Origin: Macrostomum lignano
Taxonomy: Eukaryota
Reading direction: 5' to 3'
Assembly: GCA_002269645.1 (NCBI GenBank)
Contig: NIVC01000440.1
Span: forward strand, 124,001-188,000
Length of the DNA stretch: 64,000 nucleotides
Below the pieces are notes generated by a model, which was not told where the DNA came from, did not search any database, and saw only the letters and a list, made by a program, of their open reading frames with translations. Below, one piece after another: positions 32,301 to 42,996 of this stretch. Positions within the stretch are counted from its first letter, which is position 1. Each line of letters starts with the position of its first letter. The position numbers and the translations under genes are program-made.

Positions 32301-34321
32301 TCAAGGCTTACTACTCGTAAAGCTATACAATCGGAAGCTAGCGACCCTATTGCTTCCTACAGCTAAGACCCTTGTAACTCGCGCAAGCAGTTTTTTCATA
32401 CTTCTCCATATTGTATTAGTAGAAGACACAATAGCACTCATATTTCGTCTGCAGATTTCCAGGGGTTTGCAGACAACCTTATTAATATGAGGCGCAAGCA
32501 TAAACATGCTATATATAGCTCGGAGTGCTGCCACTAGTGAACGCTATATTTCACTTATGGCACGCATCCAGGCACTATGCGGCTTTCTTCGTATGCATAC
32601 GGCAAACGGGCACACTCCTCTACTAGCGATTATAAAAAAAATCCTGCATCAAACATCCTTTATTCAGTTCTCGTGCAGTACCCTGTACTGTAGAAATGAA
32701 GAGACCGATGGTCCGCCATCTTGTACTATTTTGGAGCTGAGGCTCAAGCGAGACGCTAACATAACGAAAAAACGTAAACAGTACACAGGGCTCGCAAGCC
32801 CTCTCGATGATATATTTATTTGCAGTCAGCCAGAATATCAGCCAGCGGTGGGGGGTGGGTAAAATGGGCCTGGGCTAGACCAACGTACATAGCGAACTGA
32901 ATAAAGCAGTAAATTAAATCATGCAATGGAAAGAAAATCAAAAAGTTAATAATCTACCTCCCAAACAGTTCCCTGCACTTTAACTTGTCTCTTAAGAATA
33001 GCAAAAGGCCATTTTTTTCTAAACAAAAGTCGCAGATCTAGTCGATTACATAACTTTTAAAGCATCTGATCAATAAAAACAGTGTACGGAGAAGAGATGA
33101 TGGTTTCTTCAATAATGTAACTGCCATGGACAAAACTACAGCAGAGTGATCTGAGAGGACTGCCTCATCATATGGCATAACATACCGGTATAAATGAAAA
33201 ACCTGTTACTAGTGTAGCCCCAAGTGAGTCTTATCTTGATGAATTCACAAAATATTTCCTCCAGTAGTTTTTGGTTAGCTATATTCCAACACGATTGAGC
33301 AGAAAATATTGATAGCTTCGAATGATTGTCAGAATTCCAGAATGTCAGAGAGTGGAGCAACCTATCTCAAGAAAAATAAAGCCATAAATGAAGTCAACCT
33401 TATACAGAGCACGCACACTTAAAAAAACAATCCTTCTAGGAAGCATTATAAAACTTATACAGTAAGTTTTCTTGGAAAAATCTGCGAAAACGTTTCCTGG
33501 AAAAATTACCTGAAAAAACCAGCTTGGGCCATCTCCATCGTTACATTTTCGTATAATGTACTTGAGCAATGCGAGAATTTCTAGGAAATCTGATTAGTGT
33601 AAAGTGATATGCATCTTAAAACCCTTTTTTCTCATTTCCTGGAAAAATACTCCGTACATCAAAATGTAAGTGCATGGGACCAGCTGAAGCTACAGGCTAT
33701 GTGTATGTACAAAGTGGCACTGTGTGTACAATACTGTACGCAACTCATATAGCTACAGCCATTGTAACTCGACTAACAGAGCAACGTATAGCTTGGAGCC
33801 TACTTCACTGTAGCCATATGTACCTTATTGTGGTATACCTTGGCCATAACAGAAAGAAAGAATGCTGTATAGGTTACTCGTAGAATCTAGTAGGACCCTG
33901 GGTTCTAGGGTCCTTTTTTATAAAGCCATTCTAGTTGGTTTTGGCTTAACTTATTTACCGCTTAACTTTGTCTTCGTTGAGATATTTCGGAGCAACCTAT
34001 TGTATGGTAATTTATATAATTAGCAATTTTATGCCATTTTTACGCAATGCAACACTTTTCGACCAAATAATGCTCACCTATCCGTAGTGCTAGCTAATTG
34101 TAAAACTGACGCAATGCTGATGCATATTTATCTGCCCAATCTGTTTTCTCGTGCCTGCGCAACAGTCCTTCAAAATTCACAATGTTTAATTAATGCGTTA
34201 AGGGATTAGCGTTAAAAATAATTTTTATTGCATGCTATTAGCGTAATATTCAGCGCAGCGCAGAAACTGCATGTTGTTTTGTGAAACTAAATATTGGTAC
34301 TAGCAACTGTTGTGAGAGTCA

Positions 34322-34575
34322 GGGGTTGTAGCCCAGTGGTTAAAGCGTCGTCGGGGGTTCGATTCTCGACCCTGCACTCGAAACAATTTGTGTCCTTGAG
34401 CAAGACATTTAACTCTGCATTGCTTCAGTTCACCCAGCAATTTAAGTGGATAACTGAGGGTGTGTGGCGACCCCGCGGTCCTTGGACTGAACAGCCGTAC
34501 GCAGCCTTCAGATGCGCCGCGCAATAGCTGCGGCTGAGCTGTCGGTTGCACATCTGGCCATTAGGGCAGTGGTAA
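34322..34575 (+). mobile_element. tRNA-derived CORE-like SINE, family B, copy 1
   Basis: A box TAGCCCAGTGG, B box GGTTCGATTC, CORE-like TGTGTCCTTGAGCAAGACATTTAAC; second copy inverted at 40081-40354. Confidence 0.8.
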
Positions 34576-35227
34576 TCAAATATAAAAAATGTTAAAGTCA
34601 ATAAGCAAAGGGTCGGCATTACCAGGGGTGTCATTGCTATCCAAGGACTCAAGGTAATATTCAGTTGCTGTGGTTTTTCCAACTTGTGCATTACTAGCTA
34701 TATTTTATACTTTAATTAGCCATAGCACGAATTTCCAAGTCTAATGCAATAGAAGCTGCTTACTCTAAAAAGTGCGTCTGAGAATTGTTCTCTGGCTTCA
34801 GCTTCACAAACAACCTAGTAGTCACAGGTAATAAGATTCATCCCAGCTCGGAGTCTAAGAGTTCTTACTTAGTAGTCTACCGTAATAGAAAAGCAGAAAA
34901 AGTGTGTACTGGTATTTTACACAAACCTACCGGGTGAGAAAGGAGGCAGAGAAGCTCAGCTAAATTTTATTTTATTGACGGTAAAAAAACTGCCGATCAT
35001 CACTGCCGATCAAAACGACTGCGTCATCACTTGGTTGGGAATTTTGGCGTCAGGGGTTGAGTTAGGTGGCTTGACAAACTGATGGGCTCAACTTTATAGA
35101 CACAGTGGCCTCTTGACAGGAGGCCGGAAATGCAAAAAATGCATTATTAGTCGCATTTTAGATTGGCAACACTGGTCTCTCACATTCGCTGGTCTAGCAA
35201 TTCATTCTAATCATTATAAAATCTTAA

Positions 35228-35556
35228 GGGGGGCAGAGCAGCTCAGTGATAAACTCTCACGCCACGAACCCTGATTCGATTCTGAGCGCGGCAACATTCA
35301 TCTGGGGCCTGTGTGCACGAAAATTGGCCGAGGGGGTTCACACTCGCGAGGACCAACCTGCAGGACACAGAGACTGTAAATTCCCGAAGATTAGAAAGTC
35401 GGGGCCGCTGTACACACTGTGTGAGCGTGTGTTTGAATGCGTGCCTGCGTACAGTGTTGGTGGGCTTGCATGTGCTCAGGAGTCAGCGGAATGGGCAGAG
35501 TTGCCTCAGCGATGGTTGCGGGACGATGTCGCCGAGTGCGTTGCTTCTGTGTGCCC
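35228..35556 (+). mobile_element. SINE family A, copy 2
   Basis: AGCTCAGTG A-box-like, degenerate B box TGATTCGATTC, body shared with 2342-2610 and 40528-40795. Confidence 0.75.
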
Positions 35557-36097
35557 CGCACAACCCTCCTGAAATTGATATTTTTTAATATTAGTATTGT
35601 TGCTTTTTTATAATGCACTACAGAGTACAATAATACACAGGCTGGACATATGGTAAAAAGTCTTGAACTTTTTAAATTGAATTTACTTTATCATTTAAAC
35701 AATAGCTATACGAGTACATTATCAGACAGTCCATGCGGGGTTCGAGCTAAAAAAACAAGATGCTACGCTCGTTTAAATATGTTTTTGAACTTCCTTTTTG
35801 TACTGTACAATCACAGGCTTCATCTTCATCGCCGCCACTTTGGTCAGGGTATAGCTGTGCCCAGGGCACAATTATTCTTCAATTTTGCCTATGCACATTT
35901 TATTGTACACTTACACACATTGTACCCATAAACCATTTTTTCTCTTACCCTGGAAGCTTTCGTACCCATAGTTTTATATAAATGTTACACGTAATCTTAT
36001 CCAGGTCTTATCCAGGTCTAGCTCGTGAAATTACTAAAGAAGTTTTAATGTCTTTTTAGTGAAGCAAGCTGACGCAGAACCATATCTAACAATTGAT

Positions 36098-39000
36098 ATG
36101 GATCCGTTCCACATTCTATTTTATCTTCTTTTAAGCATGACGCCTGCGTCGACGTTAATCTGTCAAAACGGAGCCAGTCACGACGTTGTTTACGACCGCT
36201 GCCACTGCTCTCCGCACTATCACGGAGCGGCCTGCCAGTTTAAATTCGACAGTAAAAATGACCCTTGTAAATCAGAGCAGACAGTCCTTACGGACGTCTG
36301 GGCCGCTCATCGTCCCGGCAATCGCGAGCTGTGCTCTTCTAGCACCGGTAACTCATGCTTGGATTTCTCCTCTCTGACTCCTGGCTGGTACAGGCTCCTT
36401 TCTAAAGCTGGCAATCACCTGACGGAGGGCTGCGGCCCGAATCCCCAACTCGACTGCGGAAGCTCTGCGCCGTTCGTTGTCCACGAACTGGTTCGAGAGG
36501 ACACCAACAGCCGGTCGCTGTTCTCCGGCAAGGCCTATCGGCTGCACAATTTCTCGAAAGACACCTGCTATCTGAGCGGCAACAACCAGCAGACTTATTT
36601 TCCGATTCGTAAACTAATTTGCTCACCCGACCTGACGCTGTATTTTCTGTACCCGCTTGCCTCCGGACAGCACTACTGCATTGGTGAGGAGCTGGACGAG
36701 CCGCCTTCGATGCCATTTAAGCCGCGACGAGCATCCTCTCCGTCAGGATTTGCGCCAAACGCTAGAAAACCGACACTTGAACTGGATTATTTTTCTGACG
36801 TACAACGTAAATTTATCTGCACAGTTTTTGGTTTCTCCTTCAAGCAAACTGGAACCGACTACGTAATAAAGTTTCTTCTAACAGACAAGTTCGGCAAAAG
36901 CCGCAACATTGATAAGTGCACGCAGCTCGGTCGATCGTTCCGCGGCAAAGCGAATTACGATTGCCCGTCACATTACATAATGGAGTCGGGCACAAACATC
37001 TATGGATCGACGCTGGTATGTCAGGTCAGCTTGAAGAGCTCCAGTGTAGAGTTTCTGACATCAAATATTCACTCTTTCACCTTCAAGTTCAAATTTTCAT
37101 CAAGCGATAGCTCGAACGTTAAAAATGTCGGACTACTCCGTCCAAATGACACTCTTAGGCTGTGCATCGACCTAAAAAACGTGCCGATTGTAAGAGATCT
37201 GATCAAATTTTACGTGTCAGTTGGAAGGCAGCGGACCATCCCTAGCGATGGAGTCGATGTTAGCGTAGTCCACTGGACCAGAAAGGGGGAAGCAGTAGAC
37301 AGCAAGGCAGCAAACAGGGGCTGCGAGTTTCCCTACTTCAAAAGAGGCAAATCTGGAGAGCTGTGTGTCGATCTGATGCTGCAGAACCGAGATCCGGAGG
37401 GTCGAGTGGTCTTTGGCCTGAGCAGCACCGAGCAACTGAGTCTGGTGAAGATCAATATATCCTATAGCTCCTCGTCTCCGGGCATCAGCACGTACAATAG
37501 ACATAAAAAGAAAGCACAGTTAGAACTCTTGGAGACTCTCGAGCTTAAGATTGACCTGACAACTCTACCAAACAAGTCAAATAACTACTTGCACATTTTC
37601 AGCGATCCATTTGTCAAACCTGCCAATGGAAGCTACAATGAAAGTTCAGTTTACGAACTGACAGTGCTGCCAGGCGAAGCGGCAGTTTTTGACGCCCTGC
37701 TTCACAAGATATTGCCATACCAGGTCCAAATACTGATCCAGCGACCGAATTCAACGCATCGCGTGATTGACTCGACCGTAACAAAGCGAGTTGCGGTTCG
37801 CTATGGAAGCTACATCATCCGAGTGCACAGCAGTGCAGAGACCGACAAACTGCAATACGAAATCAAGAAGAAAATGCCTGGAAGCAACATTGAAACGACC
37901 ATATCGGAGGATGACCTTATCGGAGTGACGATTGAACCAAGGTCCGATGTTGTCCGCATCAAGTTTGACTACTACGGCACAATAATCTACGTGTGGCGAT
38001 TTCGCACCCGGTTCTCGAACTGCACGCACGGATTCGTGATGTCGCAGCGGGAGTTGCAGTCTCTGAACTGCAGCGGGCGCGTGCACAAAGTCGGCGGCGA
38101 GTTCGTGCTGGACCTGATGGTTGTGCCTGGGTTCTTTGACACCGAAGGTAACATTGCTGGCCTCATGTACAGCAGTTCTGCCGGGCAGGCCGGGATCAAT
38201 GCAGGCAGCAGTGGAAGCCTGTTCTCCAGCTCCTACGCAATGCCAGAGATCAAATCGCATGACAGTCTATTCATGCCGACAGAAGTGCTGAAGCTCTGCT
38301 CCTGCAACGCTGAAGCTAACGCAGACGAGAATTGCATAGCAAGTGTTAGAAAAGTAACCCGGAACAAAAGATTCGCGCCCCGGAGTCTGGAGCGCGAGGC
38401 TGAAGTGAATCTATCGAATGAAAAACGAGGTTTAAGTCTATCAACGCAAAGTCCTGCTGCAGAAGAGTTCGATCGGAGCAAAAAATTAATTTCAACAGCT
38501 GAGGCGGAACGATCCTGTCGTGAGTTCGTTAGGATCCGATCCACGGAGAAACGATTCAGCATAGAGTTCTGCTCATCCGCTGTCAACGCTATGGCTCAGT
38601 TTGAGTTTGTTTGCGTTCGATACGCCAAGACCTTGCAAACCTTCTTATTTATGGAAAGTCTTTTTAACTCAATGCTCGGAATGTGCCAAGAAGGTCTCAT
38701 GTACAACGTCACTGAGATTCGAGTTGACAACGGAGCGGCTGCCAGCCGACTGCAAGAGGAGCTCTGTCCCAACAGGTGCTCCGGTCGGGGTGTCTGTCTG
38801 TCCGGCAGCTGCGTCTGCACCAGCGGCTTCTTTGGAGCCGACTGCGCCTACGAGGCCTCGAACCTGTCCGCCATTTCAATTGTGATATCTGCACCGCAGC
38901 AGGGACCACTGTGCTCGTCCAACGACTGTTTAGACGTCCTGATTGAAACAGAACCACTACTAAAATTTTCAAGAGTAGCCCAGTGTCGAATAAGTGAAAT

Positions 39001-39191
39001 TAATCGTAACCGATCTGAGGGTAGCGGGCGAGAGTGGCTGATAGAAGCTGACCACATAACTGGCAACCTGATCAGGTGCAATTTGTCGGTTATACATGCG
39101 TGGTTGGAAAATTCGGGAACAATTTTTATAGAAACTGAGGTGAGACTTTTTGCAATGTAATCTGTCTCTGGTGCGCATGCGTCCGCCCGTA

Positions 39192-39247
<56 letters not shown>

Positions 39248-39248
39248 C

Positions 39249-39280
<32 letters not shown>

Positions 39281-39740
39281 GCCTGTCTGTCTGTCTGTCT
39301 GTCTGTTGTACTAAACTGATTGCAATCTCACTTCCCTATTGCAGATATCTGTACAAGCGGACAGCTGGAACTCTAGCAACAGAGTTCAATGGCTTCTGCA
39401 CCAGAGCAGCTGCTCAGAAAAACCTGTGAAGTGCACGGCTAGCGGTGGAAACTGGAGCTGCATAACCGATGGCGACTGCAGGCAACCAACCACCAAGTGG
39501 TCATCAGGCCTTCTGTTTATCGTTATTGTTTTTCTGCTTCTTCTGGCCGCTGCGGGGGCCGCTGCGCTCTCAGTTAAAAGGATGAAATCTTTAAATCGCT
39601 GCTCGAGTTCATCTCAAACGTATCGCAGCTTCACCAGCCTTCTAAAAGCTCAGCTTGGCCAATTGGTAGCAGCTCGAAAGGCAACTAAACTGAGCAAAAA
39701 AGGAGAACCGCTCATAGGAATGGAGACTCTAAGGGCTTGA
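36098..39740 (+). CDS. VWDE-like type-I membrane glycoprotein, ~1145 aa (signal peptide, EGF, UMOD/GP2 Cys-rich, divergent VWD-like region, EGF, TM); exons 36098-39139, 39345-39740
   Basis: MDPFHILFYLLLSMTPAST; C.C...HG..C; DPC...C....GWYR...G.....C...CG..AP; LCPNRCSGRGVC..G.C.C..GFFGADC; GT-AG phase-0 intron; TM LLFIVIVFLLLLAAAGAAAL. Confidence 0.8.
39192..39306. repeat. (GTCT)n microsatellite in the VWDE-like intron
   Basis: Direct inspection. Confidence 0.95.
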
Positions 39741-40080
39741 CAAAAATCATTCACAGTTTTCAGACACTTTTGAACTCAATACAACTTTTTACCGGTTGAA
39801 TAATGTAAAGAATGTAATTAAGTACATTAGGTAAATTAGTTAACATTCGTGAATGTAGCGTATTGTAGCAGAGGCCCAACATCCCAGATCACTGGAAGTA
39901 GCCTAGAAGTAGAACTATACTAGCTATAGTCGTATAGAAACCCTCGCTTTTCAAATTCGATATGTGCCAAATTCGTTCGCATGTTTTTTTCGCAAAATTC
40001 CTTACAAACGTAGACTTGCTTGTTTTTCACATCATTTTATACATTTTTGTTTAAAATATTAATTCTCATTAGTACGTAAT

Positions 40081-40354
40081 AATTGCCTACACTCGCCCCA
40101 ATTGGGCCAGTAGTGCAACCGATACCTCTTGCGTGCAGCTATTGCGCGGCGCATCTGAAGGCTGCGTACGGCTGTGGGGGTCGCCACACACACCCTCAAT
40201 TACCCCAGCTAATGCTGGCACACATTTTACAGCTGGGTGAACTATGCAGAGATAAGTGTCTTGCTCAAAGGACACAAATTGTTCCAGTGGGATCGGGAAT
40301 CGAACTCCCGACCTTCAATTCGTGAGTCCGACGCTCTAACCACTAGGCTACAAC
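40081..40354 (-). mobile_element. SINE family B, copy 2, with fuller tRNA-like head
   Basis: Reverse complement GTAGCCTAGTGGTTAGAGCGTCGGACTCACGAATTGAAGGTCGGGAGTTCGATTCCCG followed by the CORE-like block and the same 3' body as 34322-34575. Confidence 0.8.
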
Positions 40355-40527
40355 ATCTGTTGTTATTTTTAAAATAGAATCGAAATAAATTTACTTTAAG
40401 TGCCATTTTTTAATGAAACAATTATTTTTTACGCTTTATAGATATTTTTATGCTACATCCTCTTTTTAGTGGATGGATTTTTCTAAAGTTCTTAAAATTT
40501 CTCGCCAACAAATTCATGGCTTTTGAG

Positions 40528-40795
40528 GGGTGGATACGTCCGACTTTCGCTCCCTGACCCCTGGTTCGATTCCGTGCGCGACCACATTCATGTGGGGCTT
40601 GTGTGCACGAAAATTGGAGTGTACATGTCTGACGATTAAAAAGTCAGGGCCGCTGTACACCCTGTGTGAGCTTGTGTATGAGTGCGTGCCTGCGTGCAGT
40701 ATTGGCGAGCTTGCATGTGCTCAGCAGTCAGTGGAATGGACATGAGTTGCTATCAGCGCTGGTTGCGCGACCTGATTGTCGCTGAAGGCGCTGTA
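40528..40795 (+). mobile_element. SINE family A, copy 3
   Basis: CCCCTGGTTCGATTCC B box and shared body. Confidence 0.72.
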
Positions 40796-41185
40796 TCAGG
40801 GTATGGTGCATTTGAAATCCATTAAACTGCCCACCGGAATGAGTGCAACTGAGGGGACTGGGGAGATTCCGTCATCTCTGCAAAAATCTTCCGACACCTC
40901 ATTATACAGAGTGGTAAAAAGCAGACAGACATTTTAAAAGCTGCATTCAGCATGTTTGGGAGCTAATGGTCGAGTCCTTGTTTGCGCAGGGATGCTGCGT
41001 GGAAGGCAGCCTATATAGTGGCTGTCATTAGCTTGACGTTTCACTCGCAAATATTGCCTAAAAGCATTCACTATATTCTCTTTAAACATGCCAATCACCC
41101 CCACCCCCGATTGGAGCCTGCAAGATTGTTGATTTAAACTGCATGTCGAGCAGGCATCAAGAAAACCTGAAATTTCAAACCCGCA

Positions 41186-41947
41186 ATGTATCTTCTTTTT
41201 CTGCTAACTTTCGTCTTTTACAACGCCAGTCTCGCCAGCGCCATCTTTGAGGAGCCGCTTCAGCAATTCACCAAAATTGAAGCCTCGCTCTGCATCAACG
41301 ATGAGTTCTTGGAAAATCGCCCAGAGGCTAATTCGGTTTCCAGGTGCGCCGTAGCCTGCCTGTGGCGCGGCGAACTCTGCAAAGCCTTCACTACAGCTGA
41401 AGAGTCCGATGACGTGTGCCGATTGGCCCTATTTGAAAAGTGCAGCAAGAATGTAAGAAGCAAATGTAACTGCACCACACGCGGACTGGTTTACGTCAGG
41501 CAGAGCTTAAGACTCCCACCAGGATCGTTCTGTCCCGAAGGCTACTCAACCAGCATCTGCGGGGTCAGGTACCGATTCTACAATCAGGATTCGGATTGGA
41601 ATGCCGCCAAAGCGAAGTGCGAATCGGAGCCTGGACTCGTCATCATGGCCGACATCACCAATAGCAGTGAGAAGACTGCTCTTCACGACCTGCACCTGGC
41701 CAATAACAGAGACGGCAACAGTTTCCTATCAGGCAATAGAAGATATTTTAACAGTGCCGATCATTACGCTGGTTGGTTTTGGTCAAACTGTAACGTCAGC
41801 GTTGAAGCTTCTGTGTGGGCCGGTGTTGAACCAAATGGCGAATCAGCCGAACCAATCATGGCGTACGTTGAAAATAAAGGTGTTTGCGACATTTCCTTAG
41901 AACAAAAAGGAAGCGCCGTGTGCGAGTGTCTGTCTCCGTTTGACTAA
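41186..41947 (+). CDS. Secreted PAN/apple + C-type lectin-like domain protein (253 aa, intronless)
   Basis: Signal peptide; C...C.....C.AF...C.L (PAN-like); CP.GY...W..AK..C; WFW; W...EPN; terminal VCEC. Confidence 0.8.
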   Translation: MYLLFLLTFVFYNASLASAIFEEPLQQFTKIEASLCINDEFLENRPEANSVSRCAVACLWRGELCKAFTTAEESDDVCRLALFEKCSKNVRSKCNCTTRGLVYVRQSLRLPPGSFCPEGYSTSICGVRYRFYNQDSDWNAAKAKCESEPGLVIMADITNSSEKTALHDLHLANNRDGNSFLSGNRRYFNSADHYAGWFWSNCNVSVEASVWAGVEPNGESAEPIMAYVENKGVCDISLEQKGSAVCECLSPFD

Positions 41948-42297
41948 CCTGACCAACGAGAGCCGTTACGATTCAGAACTGAACAGAATGAACTGACATT
42001 TATATGAAAAAAACCATACCATACCTCTTGTCTAAGAACAGCGCCTCGAGCAAAGTTGACAAAATAAATTGATTAACAACAATAATATAAGCAACCTTTG
42101 AAGCAACCTTCATGAAGAAGCAAACCAGGCATTCTAAATTTTTGTTGGCGTCAATCGTGTTTTTCATTCTTTTAATATTCGCATGCCCGTGTGAAAACCC
42201 TACTCGCTAGGCTAATCGTCTTAGAATAAATCTGTAGCAACCGTACCAAGGACTGCTCAAGTAGAAGGACGGGAGACTACGTTTCTGGAAAGAAACG

Positions 42298-42631
42298 CAG
42301 GGGCGTAGCTAGAGGGGGGCAAGGGGGGCCGCGGCCCCCCCCCCCCAATCACCAACTCTGGCCTTGGCGCCCCTTTGAAAATGCTGCCGCTTTCCTGGCG
42401 CCCCCATAAATAAACTGCCCCCCCCCTTATAAAGAAACTGGCAGCCTCCCTTGGCGCCCCCCCCCCTAAAAGAAACTGGCACCCCCTAAAAAAAACTGGC
42501 GCCCCCTAAAAGAAACTGGCACCCCTAAAAGAAACTGGCACCCCCTAAAAGAAACTGGCGCCCCCCACTATAAGAAACTGGCGCCCCCTAACTCACGCCC
42601 CCCCCCAATCAATATTCCTGGCTACGCCCCT
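42298..42631. mobile_element. GC-rich MITE, probable hAT type
   Basis: TIR CAGGGGCGTAGCTAG / CTGGCTACGCCCCT; flanks AAGAAACG / AAGAAAGG (7/8 TSD match); internal AAAGAAACTGGCRCCCC repeats. Confidence 0.7.
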
Positions 42632-42996
42632 AAGAAAGGGAGGCCCAGTGTTCATATTTTGATACTTCTTGGCTTTCTTATAGCTATATTTATATTCATA
42701 AAGCTGCAAACTGTCTTCTAAAATTTTCCAATCGTCCTTCTACTTGAGTAGTCTAATTTGATTCTTCGATCTATAAACCTGCATGGCACACCTTTTAGTT
42801 GATAAAGATATGCACAGATCGGATAGTTATGCTTGGGGTCATAGATAGGTATATTCGTATGGTACCGAAACCATGTCAGTGTGAGGTCGCGCAGTTTAAT
42901 TATGACAAGCGGCAAGTGTTAACTAACGGTATTACTGCTGTCTTTTGTCTGTCAATTTGAGTCTGTTATTTTACTGTCTAAGATACAGGTCTGCAA

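Noticed and set aside
40290-40354. tRNA gene on the minus strand
   Set aside because: No complete acceptor stem; continues into a SINE body shared with 34322-34575
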